Source: Oligoflexales bacterium (GTDB taxonomy: Bacteria > Bdellovibrionota_B > Oligoflexia > Oligoflexales > Bog-1112). From it: a stretch of 47,816 bases of DNA. A program made the translations under genes and the position numbers. Shown piece by piece: positions 45,822-47,816 of the stretch. Numbering within the stretch: the first letter of the stretch is position 1; every line of letters starts with the position of its first letter. The notes below the pieces were generated by a model, which searched no databases, was not told the DNA's origin, and worked only from the letters and a program-made list of their open reading frames with translations. The DNA lies in contig JBGCDR010000325.1 in assembly GCA_045105515.1 (NCBI GenBank), forward strand, positions 1 through 47,816, read 5' to 3'.

Positions 45822-47485
45822 GAACTCCTATCACTGCTATTTTAAGCCAGAGCTAGCTTAGAAAAAGATACCCACCTTACCAAATAAACCACACATTAAG
45901 GTACCTCCCAAACATCAGGTTTATGGTAAATCCACGCCAAAAAATAGTGCAAGCCTTCTTATCTTTCAATATCAAATAATTTCTGAAACAAAAGCGCCCT
46001 TTGTCCTGAGCCTCAAATCAGCTATCAAAAATTTTTTTCAACTAAATTTTTCTAGGAAGTTAGCGATTAAAACTAAATCTTCGCTTAGGCTTTACCAACT
46101 TTATCTTGCTGATATTTAACATCATTTATTAGTCTTTACAGCACATACACAGGTATGACTAGATTAAGGTCGCAGCAAGTGAGATCACTTTTGTATAATG
46201 ATTGTTCACAAAATCGGAAAGTATGCAAGGCTTCAGAAAAGCAACTCTATGGTAGGATCTCTACCAGAATTCTATCTTCGATGTAGCTCCTTCTCCTATA
46301 AACGATTCCGGGCGGTACAAAGGCAGACAATCACTGAAAGACACTCTAAGCAGTGCTTAATTAGGGTAACTTTAATTTTCTAGCTACCTTTCGATCATCA
46401 AACTAATGACGCGCCTACTCAGGTATATAAAATTCGATGCAAATGCTCCCAAAGAAAAACCGATCCTATTCCTCAAATTTAGACTCAATTCTATCCACAA
46501 TAATGGCTTTCCATCATTTTAGGGTCGTTGGAACATTAAGGAAAGGCACTAATCTTAATAGTTGCGGGAAAAAATTATGCCAAAAAAACCCTCAGCAAAG
46601 CAAAAGCTCCATCTCCGATATATGGTTTCCCAGAAATGCAAAAATTAGAAAATGAGTGGATCTATTCCTCAGGAAACGAGAGAAATATCAGAACCCCAAA
46701 GGCCCAAGTTTCACGGGTGGTGCCTTAGTAAGTATGAATCAGAAATTCCCAATGACCAATTTTAAAAAAGCGTATCGATTTTTATCTTCTTCCTGCGAGA
46801 TGCGGATAGTAACTCCTTCTATTTTATCCAATCAGACAAACGATTCTGTGGACTCTAAAAAATAATAAGCCTCTTTTATTTGTCCACAAAGCAATTGGGC
46901 AAAACGCCCCATTTGAGGAACATCCTCAAAGCTTGAGGTCCAACAATAATGAAAAATCCATTATTTGATGCAACAAGAACCGATTAAACCGGCAAAAAAA
47001 ACTTTTCTCTTTATTTCTTTTGTGTTTTAATCATCTAGTCTAAAGGTCATAGTCAAAGTAACATTGACTGCCATTTGAGAATGGGAGAGATTATTTGACT
47101 GTTCTCAGAAGACCGAGGACTTCAAACTCCCAAATTTTTTTGTGACAGGTAGATATTGAGACTGAACCCTGGAAACTTTTTGAGCTGATAGATAAAAAAT
47201 GTTAATCTTTGTTTACTATTTGTGTTAATATTATTATTAAGATGAGGTTTGCAAGTAAAATTATTTTTGAAGACCTCTTCAATGCAACCAAAGATGACAG
47301 TCGGCAATTTAAAACTTTGGTTTGAGAGGTTCTTTCAAAATTTTCAATTGCAAAATAATGCTGATTGTCAAATAATGAAGATTCTATAGTTACATGGACT
47401 ATATCAAAGCTATCAAATTTTGAAATGGCTTCTTTAGAATAAGAATTGCTATTTAAACTTAATCAGCCATCTAAGGAGGAATGAT

Positions 47486-47816
47486 TTGGCTAAGAAAAAA
47501 ACTACCAAAAAAGCAGCATCAAAGAAAAAAACTACCCGGAAGAAAAGTACTAAGAAGAAATCGGCCACTTCAAAAAAGTCGGCCAAGAAAAAAACTGTAG
47601 CTAAAAAGGCCAAGAAGAAGACTACAAAAAAAGCAGCTTCCAAGAAAAAGACCACCAAAAAAGTAACTAAGAAAAAAGCTACTAAGAAGAAAACTACAAA
47701 GAAAAAAGCCACTAAGAAGAAAACTACAAAGAAAAAAGCCACTAAGAAGAAAACTACAAAGAAAAAAGCCACTAAGAAGAAAACTACAAAGAAAAAAGCC
47801 ACTAAGAAGAAAACTA
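47486..47816 (+). CDS. histone H1-like Lys/Ala/Thr-rich protein, truncated by window end
   Basis: AAGGAGG at 47473-47479, TTG at 47486, open frame MAKKKTTKKAASKKKTTRKKST...(KKKATKKKTT)n; missing from the ORF track because no stop lies in the window. Confidence 0.85.
   Translation, partial: MAKKKTTKKAASKKKTTRKKSTKKKSATSKKSAKKKTVAKKAKKKTTKKAASKKKTTKKVTKKKATKKKTTKKKATKKKTTKKKATKKKTTKKKATKKKTTKKKATKKKT
47671..47816 (+). repeat. 30-nt tandem repeat (KKKATKKKTT), at least 4.8 copies
   Basis: GAAAAAAGCYACTAAGAAGAAAACTACAAA starting at 47671, 47701, 47731, 47761 and 47791 (partial). Confidence 0.97.

Noticed and set aside
46200..46890. DnaA-box-like 9-mers (TTGTTCACA, CTATCCACA, TTGTCCACA) suggesting oriC
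   Set aside because: No perfect box, the matches are widely scattered, and no dnaA/dnaN/gidA context is present. GC-skew analysis would be needed.
46890..46950. Possible c-di-GMP-I riboswitch (GGCAAA...CAAAGC)
   Set aside because: The GAAA-tetraloop stem and GACGCAAA core are absent.
46198..47307. Short ORFs of 61-72 aa as RiPP precursors or real genes
   Set aside because: No convincing SD, leader/core pattern or recognisable protein features; they are consistent with chance ORFs.
47449..47802. Minus-strand ORF rich in F/V/L/A that looks like a membrane protein
   Set aside because: It is the antisense shadow of the Lys-rich repeat gene, which has the SD and start on the plus strand.

Overview
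AT-rich bacterial chromosomal segment. Gene content and style (Tat-exported DUF1501 cluster, DUF4360 pair, MshEN-like acidic protein, many lipoproteins, sigma-28-like promoters) suggest Bdellovibrionota/Oligoflexia; this is an inference. Housekeeping genes: smpB, mrp/apbC, SWIM-SNF2 helicase, yfgM-bamB, gluQ, murI, msrB and an O-antigen ligase. Accessory content: a lipoprotein/cytochrome-c/DUF1501 envelope cluster, a four-gene gamma-glutamylation catabolic operon, several exported orphans, a ~1.65 kb ORF-poor region and a truncated histone-H1-like Lys-rich gene. The most striking item is an overlapping three-gene operon (13951-19203) with a radical SAM/SPASM maturase lacking a visible precursor and two CHASE2 membrane sensors that look like complementary half-kinases. 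One has an intact ATP-binding domain but His replaced by Phe; the other keeps the His but has lost the ATP-binding boxes. No rRNA, tRNA, CRISPR array or mobile element was recognised. All family calls are from motif recognition by eye, not database searches.
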